64,000 nt of DNA, from assembly GCA_965206315.1 (NCBI GenBank), contig OZ242210.1, positions 2,641,619 to 2,705,618 on the forward strand. The letters run 5' to 3'. A model generated the notes under the pieces. It searched no databases and had not been told where the DNA came from. It saw nothing but the letters and a program-made list of their open reading frames with translations. How positions within the stretch are numbered: position 1 is the stretch's first letter; every line of letters starts with the position of its first letter. Both the position numbers and the translations under genes were made by a program. Source of the stretch: Dehalococcoidia bacterium. Its GTDB lineage: Bacteria; Chloroflexota; Dehalococcoidia; Lucifugimonadales; Australimonadaceae. Positions 34,396-43,317 of this stretch are shown piece by piece.

Positions 34396-35556
34396 CTACG
34401 TGTCGCGGGCGGAGGTGGGGCCGACCTCGCCCTTGCAGTAGGAGATGAACGCCTTCATGCGGCAGGTCACCTCGTTCCGGTCCAGCTCCGCCTCGTAGAT
34501 ATCGTGGATCTTCGGGTCCTCGTCCTCGTATTCGATCTGGTAGCCGCCTTCCTTGAAGCTCTGGTCGGCGCCCTGCCCGCGCGGGATGGCGGCGCGGAGG
34601 CCGTGCGTGCCCGGCGTCAGTGCCATGTAGCGCGCCCGCCGCGTGCCGGAGTTGAAGTGCTGGTGGTACGTCCCGTCGCTCGGCACGATGACGAGCGAGC
34701 CGACCTTCCAGTCGGCCTTGCGGATGTCGGACATGTCGTCCTTCGTCCACAGGAGGGAGAAGCCGGCGTCGCCGCTGAGGAGGACGAGGTTCGCGCCCGG
34801 TCCGTGCCGGTGCGCCTTCTTGTAGGTGCCGACGGGGAACTCGGAGATGTGGGCCTTGGAGAGGTTGCCGGCCATCTCGAACATGGAGTTGATGCCGCCG
34901 GCGCCGCGCTCGTTCCATGCGTAGAGGGCCATGTCCGGGGCGTTCGGCATGAAATTGGACGCCCAGACGCGCCGGTTATAGAGCTTGCCGTTGCCGCTGA
35001 AGAAGTCGTCTTCGCCGCTGTACCGGCTGCTGAACGGGTAGTCGCACTGGAAGATGAAGTCGTTGTCGCTGAAGAGCCGCATGTTCGCCGGGGCGGTCGT
35101 CACCGCGAGGTATCGCGCGGGCTCGGTGCCGCTGCCGTTGAAGTGCTGGTACCAGCAGTTCAGTGGGATGGAGAAGAGGCTGCCCTTCTTCCACTCGAAC
35201 GTCTTCTTCTCCTCGCTGCCCTGCGGCCAGATGCTGGTCGCGCCGCGCCCGGAGACGATGTAGACGTACTCCTCGTAGACGTGGTGCTCGGGCTCCGAAC
35301 TGCCGCCGGGGTCGATCTCGACGATATGGGTGTCGTTGGTGAGGACATGGTAGGGGATGTTGATGACGGCGCCCTTCCCTCCCTTGCGCTCCCACGGGCC
35401 GAGCTCGACGTTCGCGATGTCGTCGAAGGCGTAGTCGACGATGACCTTCACGCCCTCGGCCTTCAGCCAGTCGGCGTAGGGGTCGGGTATCGCGAAGTCC
35501 TCCAGCCCTTCGGGTGTCGGCGCGTACTTGATGGCCGCATCGGCGTCGGTGGTCAT
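34396..35556 (-). CDS. bicupin protein, paralogue of 3551-4705
   Basis: 386-aa ORF collinear with 3551-4705 (HHVYEEYVYIVSGRG, AHRHGPGANLVLLSG, YHQHFNSG). Confidence 0.8.
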   Translation of the reverse strand: MTTDADAAIKYAPTPEGLEDFAIPDPYADWLKAEGVKVIVDYAFDDIANVELGPWERKGGKGAVINIPYHVLTNDTHIVEIDPGGSSEPEHHVYEEYVYIVSGRGATSIWPQGSEEKKTFEWKKGSLFSIPLNCWYQHFNGSGTEPARYLAVTTAPANMRLFSDNDFIFQCDYPFSSRYSGEDDFFSGNGKLYNRRVWASNFMPNAPDMALYAWNERGAGGINSMFEMAGNLSKAHISEFPVGTYKKAHRHGPGANLVLLSGDAGFSLLWTKDDMSDIRKADWKVGSLVIVPSDGTYHQHFNSGTRRARYMALTPGTHGLRAAIPRGQGADQSFKEGGYQIEYEDEDPKIHDIYEAELDRNEVTCRMKAFISYCKGEVGPTSARDT

Positions 35557-35565
35557 GGCTCCCTC

Positions 35566-35811
35566 CTATGGTTTCCTTGTCGAACGGGACTTGGCAGCGA
35601 GGTCGGCGATAATCTCACGCGCGCCGCCCAGTATCTCTATGCCTATGGCCTTGCCGTCCGCATAGTCGACGACCACGCCGGGCCGGACTTCATCCCCGTA
35701 GTCGGCGGGGCCATCCTTCCAGAAGAGAACGAGGCTATTCGTCTCAGCGACGAACTCGATCTCCAAGCCTGTTATTCCGGTTTTCGTTGCCATGGCCACC
35801 TTACCTTTCAC
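35566..35811 (-). CDS. DUF2283-like small protein (putative antitoxin partner)
   Basis: The pattern GLEIEF...VVDYADGKAIGIEILG is typical of DUF2283. The GTG start overlaps the upstream stop (GTGA); an alternative ATG lies at 35793. Confidence 0.65.
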   Translation of the reverse strand: MKGKVAMATKTGITGLEIEFVAETNSLVLFWKDGPADYGDEVRPGVVVDYADGKAIGIEILGGAREIIADLAAKSRSTRKP

Positions 35812-36056
35812 TCACGCTGAGAGTCATAGTTTGGGACAAAGAACGCAGTGTGTACAGTTTCTCCATCCTCTTCGACGATCACTCTCATCCATTCACCCGC
35901 TTCCACAATAAAGCCGGTCAGCGCAATCCGCCCTTCTGGTTGGTCTCTATCCTCCTGGCTAACGGGAGCGGCGAGAACACTCTCCACCCAGTCCTCCCTG
36001 TTCGCTTCAGGATGCTTACTCCTGGCCCAACGTTCAAAGTAGGGGGTTGTCTTCAT
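35808..36056 (-). CDS. DUF4258-like small protein (putative toxin partner)
   Basis: 82-aa ORF in a lower-GC stretch, directly upstream of and overlapping the DUF2283-like gene. The family call is by overall resemblance only. Confidence 0.55.
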   Translation of the reverse strand: MKTTPYFERWARSKHPEANREDWVESVLAAPVSQEDRDQPEGRIALTGFIVEAGEWMRVIVEEDGETVHTAFFVPNYDSQRE

Positions 36057-36139
36057 CCAAGGTCACTTTCGTCAGCAAACCATACGCCTGTCCTTCGGTG
36101 TGTGCACGCAGCGGGGGAGCAGGCACGGGCGCTCCACCA

Positions 36140-36298
36140 ACCCTCACCCACGCGCTAAAGCGCGTTGCCCTCTCCCAGAGGGAGAGGGGGAAGGCCCTTG
36201 GGCACCCACAAGGGATGCCCCTACACCGGGCACCGAACACCACCCCCACGCAAGGGCCCTGGCAGGCACCCTGGATTCCCGCCTTCGCGGGAATGACG
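36140..36298. repeat. intergenic repeat cluster (B inverted, C, A inverted)
   Basis: The cluster contains accctcacccacgcgctaaagcgcgttgccctctcccagagggagagggg, gggcacccacaagggatgcccctaca and ccctggattcccgccttcgcgggaatgacg. Confidence 0.9.
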
Positions 36299-36377
36299 AG
36301 GTTTGGGTGCGCTTGACTACGCCTTGCGGCGGGCGCACACTGCCAGCAGCAGCCGATCGCATAAAGGAGGCGTGGCC

Positions 36378-36998
36378 ATGGTCGTTGAGACGAGGACCCA
36401 GAACGCGCTGGACCGGTTCATCAGCAAGGCCCGTGAGCTGTTCGCAAGCGAGCCCGACCTGCCGAAGCGCTGGGAGGCGCTCACCCCCATCCTGGCCGAG
36501 TTGCTCGCCGACCCGACGGTGCTCGAGGCGTCGAAGAGTTGGCCGGACTGCGAGGCAAGGGAAGGCCGCGGCGAGAACCTCATCTTCTACGAGGACCCGG
36601 ACTTCGGCTTCGCTATCAACGGCCTCACGAAGGGCCAGTCGCGGCAGGGCCGCCTCTCGCGCGTCCACGATCACGGGTACATCTACACGCTGTACGGCGT
36701 GCTCGACGGCCACGAGAATATCGAGCGGTACGACCGGCTCGACGACGGCTCACGCCCGGACTACGCCGAGATCACGCTGGCGTCGAACAAGTATTGCGGT
36801 CCCGGTGAGATCGACCTCGTGGGGCCGTACGAGATACACCGGGAGAACACGGTGGGCGAGCGAACGGTCGCGGTGATCATCCGCAGCAACAAGGCGGGGA
36901 ACCACCTGCAGGGTCGCTACGACGCCGAGACAGGGGTGTACTTCCAGGGCTACGGTCCGCGCCAGACGCCCATCGAGATGTTCGGCAGCGCGGGGTAG
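36378..36998 (+). CDS. cysteine-dioxygenase-like cupin (double-stranded beta-helix metalloprotein)
   Basis: ATG 36378 is 7 nt after AAGGAGG. It has the LSRVHDHGYIYTLYGVLDG...GPYEIHRE metal-ligand pattern. The track ORF start (36303) lies in a repeat. Confidence 0.65.
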   Translation: MVVETRTQNALDRFISKARELFASEPDLPKRWEALTPILAELLADPTVLEASKSWPDCEAREGRGENLIFYEDPDFGFAINGLTKGQSRQGRLSRVHDHGYIYTLYGVLDGHENIERYDRLDDGSRPDYAEITLASNKYCGPGEIDLVGPYEIHRENTVGERTVAVIIRSNKAGNHLQGRYDAETGVYFQGYGPRQTPIEMFGSAG

Positions 36999-37007
36999 AC
37001 TTAACGC

Positions 37008-37199
37008 ATGGCGAACACGCGCAAGAAGGTCAAGCTGACGCCGGAAGGCGAGGCGTTGCGCCGCGAGGCGTTGAGCAGGGCTGACGACATCCGAGCGCAG
37101 TACGAAGAGTCCCAGCGGCGAAAGGCAGCCGGGGAGAAGGGGCTCTACATCCGCCACGGAAGTTCTGAGGAGATTCGACGGCAACTCCGTGGAGGCTGA
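37008..37199 (+). CDS. small antitoxin-like protein, paralogue A1
   Basis: 63 aa. It shares the motif P(E/L)GEAL(R/V)R...AQ..E.QRR.AAGE with 37202-37405 and 41568-41744. Confidence 0.5.
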   Translation: MANTRKKVKLTPEGEALRREALSRADDIRAQYEESQRRKAAGEKGLYIRHGSSEEIRRQLRGG

Positions 37200-37201
37200 T
37201 C

Positions 37202-37405
37202 ATGGCAACGCAACCCGAACAGAGCGAACCGGAACCCCTTGAGGGCGAGGCGCTCGTGCGCGCCATCATGGCCGACAAGAAGCTCGTCGCCGAGGCGCTG
37301 GAAGCACAGCGGCGGGCAGATGCCGGTGAATCTTCCGGCGTTCTCGTTCGGGCCAGCGACATCAGAGACTGGGTGAATGGCAAACGGCGAAAGCGTCCCG
37401 TTTGA
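37202..37405 (+). CDS. small antitoxin-like protein, paralogue A2, upstream of a ParE/RelE-like pseudogene
   Basis: 67 aa (PLEGEALVRAIMADKKLVAEALEAQRRADAGESSG). It overlaps the start of the toxin remnant. Confidence 0.55.
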   Translation: MATQPEQSEPEPLEGEALVRAIMADKKLVAEALEAQRRADAGESSGVLVRASDIRDWVNGKRRKRPV

Positions 37406-37663
37406 CGTATTCTTCGAAGACCGGGCCCAGGAATTCATAGGTGGACTATCTGCCTCCGGCTTGACCGGCTGATGGTCGCGATAGGCCTACTGGTCATTGA
37501 CCCGTACCCCGATGAGCGTACCAAGGTACGTCTACCCTTCCCTTTCCGTTACGGCACGATCGGCTATACAGCGAGCAACTTCTTCATCGTTTACGAGTTC
37601 GAAAACGCCACCACGCTGCGCGTTTCTACAATCTCGTGGGCAGGCACTCCGTACTGGGGCTAA
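37377..37663 (+). pseudogene. ParE/RelE-like toxin gene with a frameshift
   Basis: The N-terminal part MANGESVPFDVFFEDRAQEFIGGLSASGLTG* (37377-37472) and the C-terminal part ...AIGLLVIDPYPDERTKVRLPFPFRYGTIGYTASNFFIVYEFENATTLRVSTISWAGTPYWG* (to 37663) are in different frames. Together they are collinear with the gene at 41308-41578. Confidence 0.55.
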
Positions 37664-39905
37664 CCAGTCGCCTGCCCGGCCTCGTGGAGGGCACGCCAGA
37701 CGCGCTCGGGGGTGAGGGGGAGCGTGGAGATGCGGACGCCGGTGGCGTTGAAGACGGCGTTCGCCACGGCGGGGGCCACGCAGACGATGCCGCCCTCGCC
37801 GACGCCCTTCGCACCGTAGGGGCCGGGACCGTTGCCGCTCTCGATCAGCACGGTCTCGAACTCGTGCGGGAGGTCGGTGAAGACGGGCACGCGGTAGTCG
37901 ACGAGGTTCGGGTTCAGGAGCTGGCCGTCCTCGTAGAGCATCTCCTCGAAGAGCGTGTGGCCGATGGCCTGCATCGCGGCGCCCTCGTCCTGGCCCTCGA
38001 CCTGCTTCGGATTGATCGCCTTGCCGGGGTCGGAGATGGAGTAGTAGCGGAGCAGGCGCACCTCGCCGGTGGCCGTGTCGACCTCGACCTCCGCCGCGCC
38101 GATGCTCACCTCCCAGAAGACGGGGTCCTGGCGGAGTTTGCCGCTGGCGTGCTTCGGGGTGACGTAACCCCGGCCCATGAGCTCGCCGCCGGAGCCGCCG
38201 AACATGTTGCGCACGAGCGCGGCGAACGCGACGGACTCGCCCTTGAACGACGCCCGTCCGTCCTCGGCTTCAATCTCCTCCGGGAACGCCTCGAAGTGCT
38301 CCGCGGCGAGGTCGAGCACCTGCTGGCGGACGTCGATGGCGGCGTCGTGCACGGCGAGGCCCATGAGCGTCGTCGAGCGGCTGGAGCCGGTCGAGCGGTC
38401 CCACGGCACCGCGGAGGTATCCGACGCGACGACGCGCACCTTCTCGTAGGGTATGCGCAACTCCTCCGCTGCGATCTGCGCCATCACCGAGCGGGAGCCC
38501 TGCCCCATCTCCGCGCTGCCGATGTAGACGGTGGCGCTGCCGTCGGAGTGGAAGCGCACGAGCGACGTCGACGTGGGGCTCGCGCCGGAGTTCGTGACGC
38601 CGCAGGCGAAGCCGATGCCACGTTTCACGCCGGGCGGCGTCGGCCCCGGAGTCCACGAGTCCCAGCCGAAGTCGTCTGCGACCCTGCGCAGCGCGTACTC
38701 GAGGTCGCCCTCGATGGGACGCCTGCCGCGCCGCACCTCCTCGCCTTCCTTGACGAGGTTCTTCACGCGGAACTCGAACGGGTCCATGCCCAGCGCGTGG
38801 GCGATCACGTCTATCTGGGACTCGCACACCCAGATGGCCTGCGGCCCGCCGATGGAGCGGTAGGAGCCCGCGGGGGTCGAGTTCGTGAAGAGGCCGTAGG
38901 TCTTCACCCGGACGTTCGCCAGCGCGTACGGCCCCGGCATGCGGTCGCCGAAGCGCTCGGTCACCCGAACGCCGTTGTCAGTGTAGCCGCCGGTGTCGAC
39001 GTAGCCGGTGCACTCGCGGGCGACGATGGTGCCGTCGTTCATCACGCCGGTGCGGATCGTCCCGCGGGCGGCGTGGCGGCGGACCGTCCGCATGGCCTCG
39101 TCGACGCTCAGCGCAAGCCCGACCGGCCTGCCCGCCTCGCGGCTGAGCGCGGTCACGAGCGGCTCTATCTTTGTGTACGATTTGCTCCCGTAGCCCCCGC
39201 CAACGAAGGGGACGACGACCTGCACCTGGTCCAGTTGCCGCCCGAAGAGGCGCGCTATCTCCGCCTGTACGAGGAACGGGTGCTGCGCCGACGTCCAGAG
39301 GCGGATGCGGTCCGGTTCGTAGCTGGCGATGCAGGTGTGCGGTTCCATTGCGTAGTGGTAGACCATCGGGAACTCGAACGTATCCTCGAAGACGCGGTCG
39401 CACTCGCGGAATGCCGCATCCACGTCGCCCCATTCGTAGCCGTACTCGTGGCAGAAGTTGGACTCGTGGACGGGCTCACTGGACGGGTCGAGCGCTTCGT
39501 CGATGCCGGTGACCGTCGGCAACTCTTCGTACTCGACGTCAACCAGTTCGACGGCTGCCTCGGCAGTCGCGAGGTCGACAGCGGCGACAGCGGCAACGGG
39601 CTCGCCCTGGAAGCGCACCTTGTCGATGGCGATGACGGGGCGGTCCTTCTTGTCGGAGCCGTAGTGCGTCTCCATGTTGACGAGCTCAGCCGAGGTGAGC
39701 ACGGCGTAGACGCCGGGGAAAGCGCGCGCCCTGCTCGCGTCGATGCTGATGATGCGCGCGTGCGGCAAGGGGCTCGTCACGAGTCTGCAGAACGCCATGC
39801 CGGAGACTTCGAGGTCGCCGGTGAACTGCGCGCGGCCCGACAGCTTGTCATCCGCGTCGACCCGTCGCACCGCCGTACCGACCGTTTTGAACTCGCGCGT
39901 CGTCA
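37660..39905 (-). CDS. xanthine dehydrogenase family molybdopterin-binding large subunit
   Basis: The start is placed at ATG 39905 (MTTREFKTVGTAVRRVDADDKLSGRAQFTGD), overlapping the small-subunit stop. It has the GSYRSIGGPQ motif and the C-terminal GAKGVGEGG. The track ORF is over-extended to 40251. Confidence 0.9.
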
Positions 39906-40388
39906 TCGGCCTGCCTCCGCCGCTTCGTGGACAGCTTCCACGATCTTCTTGTAGCCGGTGCAGCGACAGACGTTGCCGCGCATGTAGTCCTTGATCACCT
40001 CCTCGGAAGGAGCGGGGTCGGCATCGAGCAGCGACTTCGCGGCGAGCAGCATGCCCGGCGTGCAGAAGCCGCACTGGAACGCGGCGTTGTTGACGAACGC
40101 CTCGATGAGCGGGGACGCGCTCTCGTCCGCCGCGAAGCCTTCGACGGTGAGCACCACCCTGCCCCGCGCCTCGAACGCCGGAACGGTGCAGGAGCTGACG
40201 GGAGCGCCGTCCAGCAGCACGGTGCACGCGCCGCAGACCTGCACGTCGCACGAGCGTTTCGTGCCCGTGAGGCCGAACCGCTCGCGCAGCAGATCGATGA
40301 GCGGCGTCTGCGGCTCGACCGCGGCCTCGACCGGCGCACCGTTCAATTCGAATGCGACCGCCAGGGTGTCCTGCGGCTCAGGCATCAC
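39903..40388 (-). CDS. (2Fe-2S)-binding small subunit of the molybdenum hydroxylase
   Basis: CDVQVCGACTV and QCGFCTPGM...CRCTGY cysteine motifs. Confidence 0.9.
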   Translation of the reverse strand: MMPEPQDTLAVAFELNGAPVEAAVEPQTPLIDLLRERFGLTGTKRSCDVQVCGACTVLLDGAPVSSCTVPAFEARGRVVLTVEGFAADESASPLIEAFVNNAAFQCGFCTPGMLLAAKSLLDADPAPSEEVIKDYMRGNVCRCTGYKKIVEAVHEAAEAGR

Positions 40389-41256
40389 CGCCTCCGTTCC
40401 GCGCCAGCGCGCGCAGCACCGTCCGCTCCATGAAGACGCGCACGAGGTGCTCCTTGTAGTCGACGCCGCCGTGCATGTCCTCGACCGCGTCGGCGTCCTC
40501 CGCCGCCAGGCGGGACGATTCGCGGATAGCAGACGCGCCCTCGGTCAACGCATCGACGCGCTCTCCGCGCAGCACGTCCTCGGAGCGGGAGAGCCGCCGC
40601 GCGACGGGTGAGACGCAGCCGAGGGCGAGACGCGCATCCGCGACGACGCCGTCCTGCACCGCGAGCGCGGCGGCGATACCGAGCGTCGGGCGGTGGTGGT
40701 AGCCGAACTTCGAGTAGGCGGCGCGCATGCCTGCGGGGAACGCGGGGACGCGCACGGCGGTCAGGAGTTCGTCCGGCGCGAGCGAGGTCTCGTATGAGCC
40801 GGTCTGCAGGTCGCCGACGGCGATGCGCCGCGAGCCGGACGGCCCCGCTATGTCCAACTCGGCCTCGTAGACGAGGAGCAGCGTCGCGGGGTCTGAGTGG
40901 GGCTCGGCGAAGCAGAGGTTGCCCGCGAGCGTGCCGACGTTCCGCACGCGCAGGTTCGCCACGCTGTGCTCGACCTCCGACAACAGCGGCAGCCGGTCGC
41001 GCACGAGCGGGTCGTGCTCGACAGCGCTGTGTGTCGCGCTCGCGCCGATGACGATGCTGTTACCGTCGGCGGCGATGGCGTCGAGGCCGGGGATGCTCTT
41101 CACGTTGACGAGGGTGTCGTAGGCGAGCAGGCCGGACTTCATGGCGAGCAGCAGTTCGGTGCCGCCGGCGTAGAGCGCGGCGCCGCCGTCCGCGTCGGCG
41201 AGGGCAGACGCGGCCTCCCGGACGGTCGTGGGTTCATGCAAGCGGAACGGCTTCAC
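40378..41256 (-). CDS. FAD-binding (CoxM-like) medium subunit of the molybdenum hydroxylase
   Basis: GTG start. ALYAGGTELLLAMK and NVGTLAGNL motifs of the FAD-binding PCMH-type domain. Confidence 0.9.
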   Translation of the reverse strand: MKPFRLHEPTTVREAASALADADGGAALYAGGTELLLAMKSGLLAYDTLVNVKSIPGLDAIAADGNSIVIGASATHSAVEHDPLVRDRLPLLSEVEHSVANLRVRNVGTLAGNLCFAEPHSDPATLLLVYEAELDIAGPSGSRRIAVGDLQTGSYETSLAPDELLTAVRVPAFPAGMRAAYSKFGYHHRPTLGIAAALAVQDGVVADARLALGCVSPVARRLSRSEDVLRGERVDALTEGASAIRESSRLAAEDADAVEDMHGGVDYKEHLVRVFMERTVLRALARNGGGDA

Positions 41257-41307
41257 AACGCGGGGATGCTATCCGCACGAGCGTCGCGGCGGCAAGCATG
41301 GGGGACG

Positions 41308-41578
41308 TCAGCCCCAGTAGTCGGGACTCACGCGGGAGATTGAGAGAACACGTACCGTTGCCGGATTCTCGAACTCGTAGGTGAAGAAGAACCTTCCGGC
41401 GGTGTAGCCGATAGCGCCGAATCGATACGGCAGTGGTAATCGGACCCTGGGAGGTGCCATCCGGTTCAGGGTCACTCATCAGATGGTCAATTGCCGCCTG
41501 TACTTCCAAGCGCTCTGCCTCGGAGAGCGCCTCGACGAATCTACGGGCGGCAGTGTCCAGGAGTAGGTCAACGGGCAT
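41308..41578 (-). pseudogene. ParE/RelE-like toxin gene with a frameshift (paralogue of 37377-37663)
   Basis: Frame 0 gives MPVDLLLDTAARRFVEALSEAERLEVQAAIDHLMSDPEPDG. After a 1-nt shift near 41455-41465 the frame gives ...RVRLPLPYRFGAIGYTAGRFFFTYEFENPATVRVLSISRVSPDYWG*, ending at 41308. The track ORF (to 41234) follows the wrong frame. Confidence 0.55.
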
Positions 41579-41744
41579 CGAGTTCCCGTTTTACCTCTTC
41601 CCATGGTATTCCCGGTTCCCCTGCCCTGGCGCGATCGTAGGCCTCGTTCGTCTCTTTGACGAGCTTCTCGTCTGCCACCATTGCGCGCACGAGGGCCTCG
41701 CCGGTGAGGGGCTTCGGTGCGTTCTTCCTGCGCCTGGATGCCAT
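41568..41744 (-). CDS. small antitoxin-like protein, paralogue A3 (58 codons, absent from the ORF track)
   Basis: MASRRRKNAPKPLTGEALVRAMVADEKLVKETNEAYDRARAGEPGIPWEEVKRELDAR. It overlaps the toxin ATG by 11 nt and is collinear with 37202-37405. Confidence 0.5.
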   Translation of the reverse strand: MASRRRKNAPKPLTGEALVRAMVADEKLVKETNEAYDRARAGEPGIPWEEVKRELDAR

Positions 41745-41795
41745 GATATTCGCTTCGTGCGGCTCCTGCTGCTCAGTATAACAAGCGTGCGTCGC

Positions 41796-42857
41796 CTAGT
41801 TCTCGCCGATGAGCAGCTCGGCGGTCTCCCTGCTCATGCCGTTCTCGAGGAGCGGGTTGCCGTAGAGCGTGTAGACCTGCACGTCCCTCGGGTACAGGCG
41901 GAGCGGCCAGAACCAGGGCTGGGAAGTGTGCGATCCCACAGCGCCGCAGGTGCGGGTCGCCCGCCTCGTTGGCCCGTCGTTGGCGCACATGAGGCCGCTG
42001 TGCGTGTGCTCGGCGGCATAGAGCGCGTGCATCGCCTCGTGCAACCCTATCTCGTACATCACCGGCCCGGGGATGCTCACCTGCTCGCCTCCGGGTCCGG
42101 AGGCGTACCGCCGCAGACCGATGATGTCTTCTCCCAGCACCGCGCATCCGGCCCAGTCGTCCGTGTCGCCACACCACCGACCGAAATACTCATTCCCTTC
42201 GTACCACTGCAACGCCCCTGCCTGCTCATCGGACTCCGTCCATTCACGGTGCGTCCAGGTTTCGAGCTCGGGCATGACCTGCGTGCGTATCACCTCCTGC
42301 GTCCGCGCGGGAAGCCTCGCGTCCACCCAGTACCTGCCGGTGCTCATCGCCTCGGACTTCACGACGGCTCCCGAGACGAACAGCCCGCTGCACGCGGGGT
42401 CGAAGAGGCAGTCCCTTACGCGAGCATCGGCGAACAGCACCGGCTCCGGGACGGGCGTCGGGGTCGGCACCGGCGTCGGAGTCGCGGTCGGAGCAGGCGT
42501 GGGGGTGGCGGTCGGCGTGGCAGTGGGCCGGGGTGTGGGGGTCGCGGTTGCCATCGGTGTCGGGGTGGGCGTAGCGGTCGGCGCCGGGGTAGGCGTCGCG
42601 ATGGGGGTTGCAGTCGCAGTAGCCGTGGGGGTTGCAGTCGCAGTAGCCGTAGGCGTGGGCGTTGGCGTTGGTGTATGCGTGGGAGTGGGTGTGAGCGTGG
42701 GCGTCGGAGTGGCGGTCGGCGCCGGGGTCGGAGTGGGCGCAGCACAGCCCGCGATGACGGTTACGAGCAGTAAGGTCAAGGCAAACGCCAAGGAGCAATG
42801 TTTCGAGAACACCAGCGTCTCCTGGAGGTGAGCCTTTGCGTAGTCCATCCACTCCAC
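41796..42857 (-). CDS. lipoprotein with a long Thr/Pro/Ala linker and an HExxH metallopeptidase-like motif
   Basis: Lipobox [10 protein letters not shown]. The linker of about 100 aa is [12 protein letters not shown].... The globular domain has [14 protein letters not shown]. Confidence 0.7.
   Translation of the reverse strand: MEWMDYAKAHLQETLVFSKHCSLAFALTLLLVTVIAGCAAPTPTPAPTATPTPTLTPTPTHTPTPTPTPTATATATPTATATATPIATPTPAPTATPTPTPMATATPTPRPTATPTATPTPAPTATPTPVPTPTPVPEPVLFADARVRDCLFDPACSGLFVSGAVVKSEAMSTGRYWVDARLPARTQEVIRTQVMPELETWTHREWTESDEQAGALQWYEGNEYFGRWCGDTDDWAGCAVLGEDIIGLRRYASGPGGEQVSIPGPVMYEIGLHEAMHALYAAEHTHSGLMCANDGPTRRATRTCGAVGSHTSQPWFWPLRLYPRDVQVYTLYGNPLLENGMSRETAELLIGEN
42444..42743. 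repeat. low-complexity coding repeat (Thr/Pro/Ala linker)
   Basis: Degenerate short-period ggcgtcgg/ggtgtggg-type repeats on the plus strand encode the TP linker of 41796-42857. Confidence 0.85.
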
Positions 42858-42870
42858 CCCGCCAGTTCAC

Positions 42871-42984
42871 CCCCATCCCAGCTTCCCCCGTCGAGGGGGA
42901 AGGGGCCAGGCAGGGCGCTCGCACCACGCCCTGCCGCGTGACCTGCCCGGTCACTCTGGATTCCCGCCGGTGCGGGAATGACGG
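42871..42984. repeat. intergenic repeat cluster (E, A-long inverted)
   Basis: The cluster contains cccagcttcccccgtcgagggggaaggggcc and cgcgtgacctgcccggtcactctggattcccgccggtgcgggaatgacgg. Confidence 0.9.
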
Positions 42985-43092
42985 ATGCGGTCGGGCCCAC
43001 GCTCCCGCAAGTCAGGCAAAGGTCTCGAGAGTGCGGAGCCAAGCGCCTATCAGCTACAAGATGCTAACAGACGAGAAACCGGCCGCAGGGCA

Positions 43093-43123
43093 TTGACACC
43101 GCACGCATGGCATCGGTTAAGGT
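43093..43123 (+). promoter_or_regulatory. candidate sigma70-type promoter for the sulfite-oxidase-like gene
   Basis: A perfect TTGACA lies at 43093-43098, and a weak -10-like TAAGGT follows about 19 nt later. The only support is that this hexamer is rare in a high-GC context. Confidence 0.25.
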
Positions 43124-43251
43124 TCCGCCAGAATCTCCAGTCCTCAACGGTCAGAGGTGTCCAGGTGACGTCCGCTTGCGTCTGTAGCAGCTGTTGCGCC
43201 CACGAAGCCGGGGTGTGCTGTTGTATGCACCTCACCGGCCCGGACACCCCT

Positions 43252-43285
43252 GCCCCGCATCACATCCCAGGCTGCGGGGCTTTTT
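43252..43285 (+). terminator. intrinsic terminator-like hairpin in the 5' leader of the sulfite-oxidase-like gene
   Basis: Stem gccccgca/tgcggggc (43252-43259 and 43273-43280) with a 13-nt loop, then TTTTT (43281-43285). It is 32 nt upstream of ATG 43318. No plus-strand gene lies upstream. Confidence 0.5.
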
Positions 43286-43317
43286 CATGCCCCCGCCACG
43301 GATAACCAGGAGGCCGT

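Noticed and set aside
33389-34918. 509-aa ORF extending the SDR upstream
   Set aside because: The extension crosses the 34217-34386 repeat cluster and the antisense strand of the bicupin gene. The SDR N-terminal TGGAQGLG motif follows the ATG at 34186.
42444-42743. Short-period DNA repeats that could be taken for a CRISPR or VNTR array (also 57449-57617 and 59050-59251)
   Set aside because: They lie inside well-supported lipoprotein ORFs and encode Thr/Pro/Ala linkers. The periodicity is 6-12 bp and degenerate, with no repeat-spacer structure.
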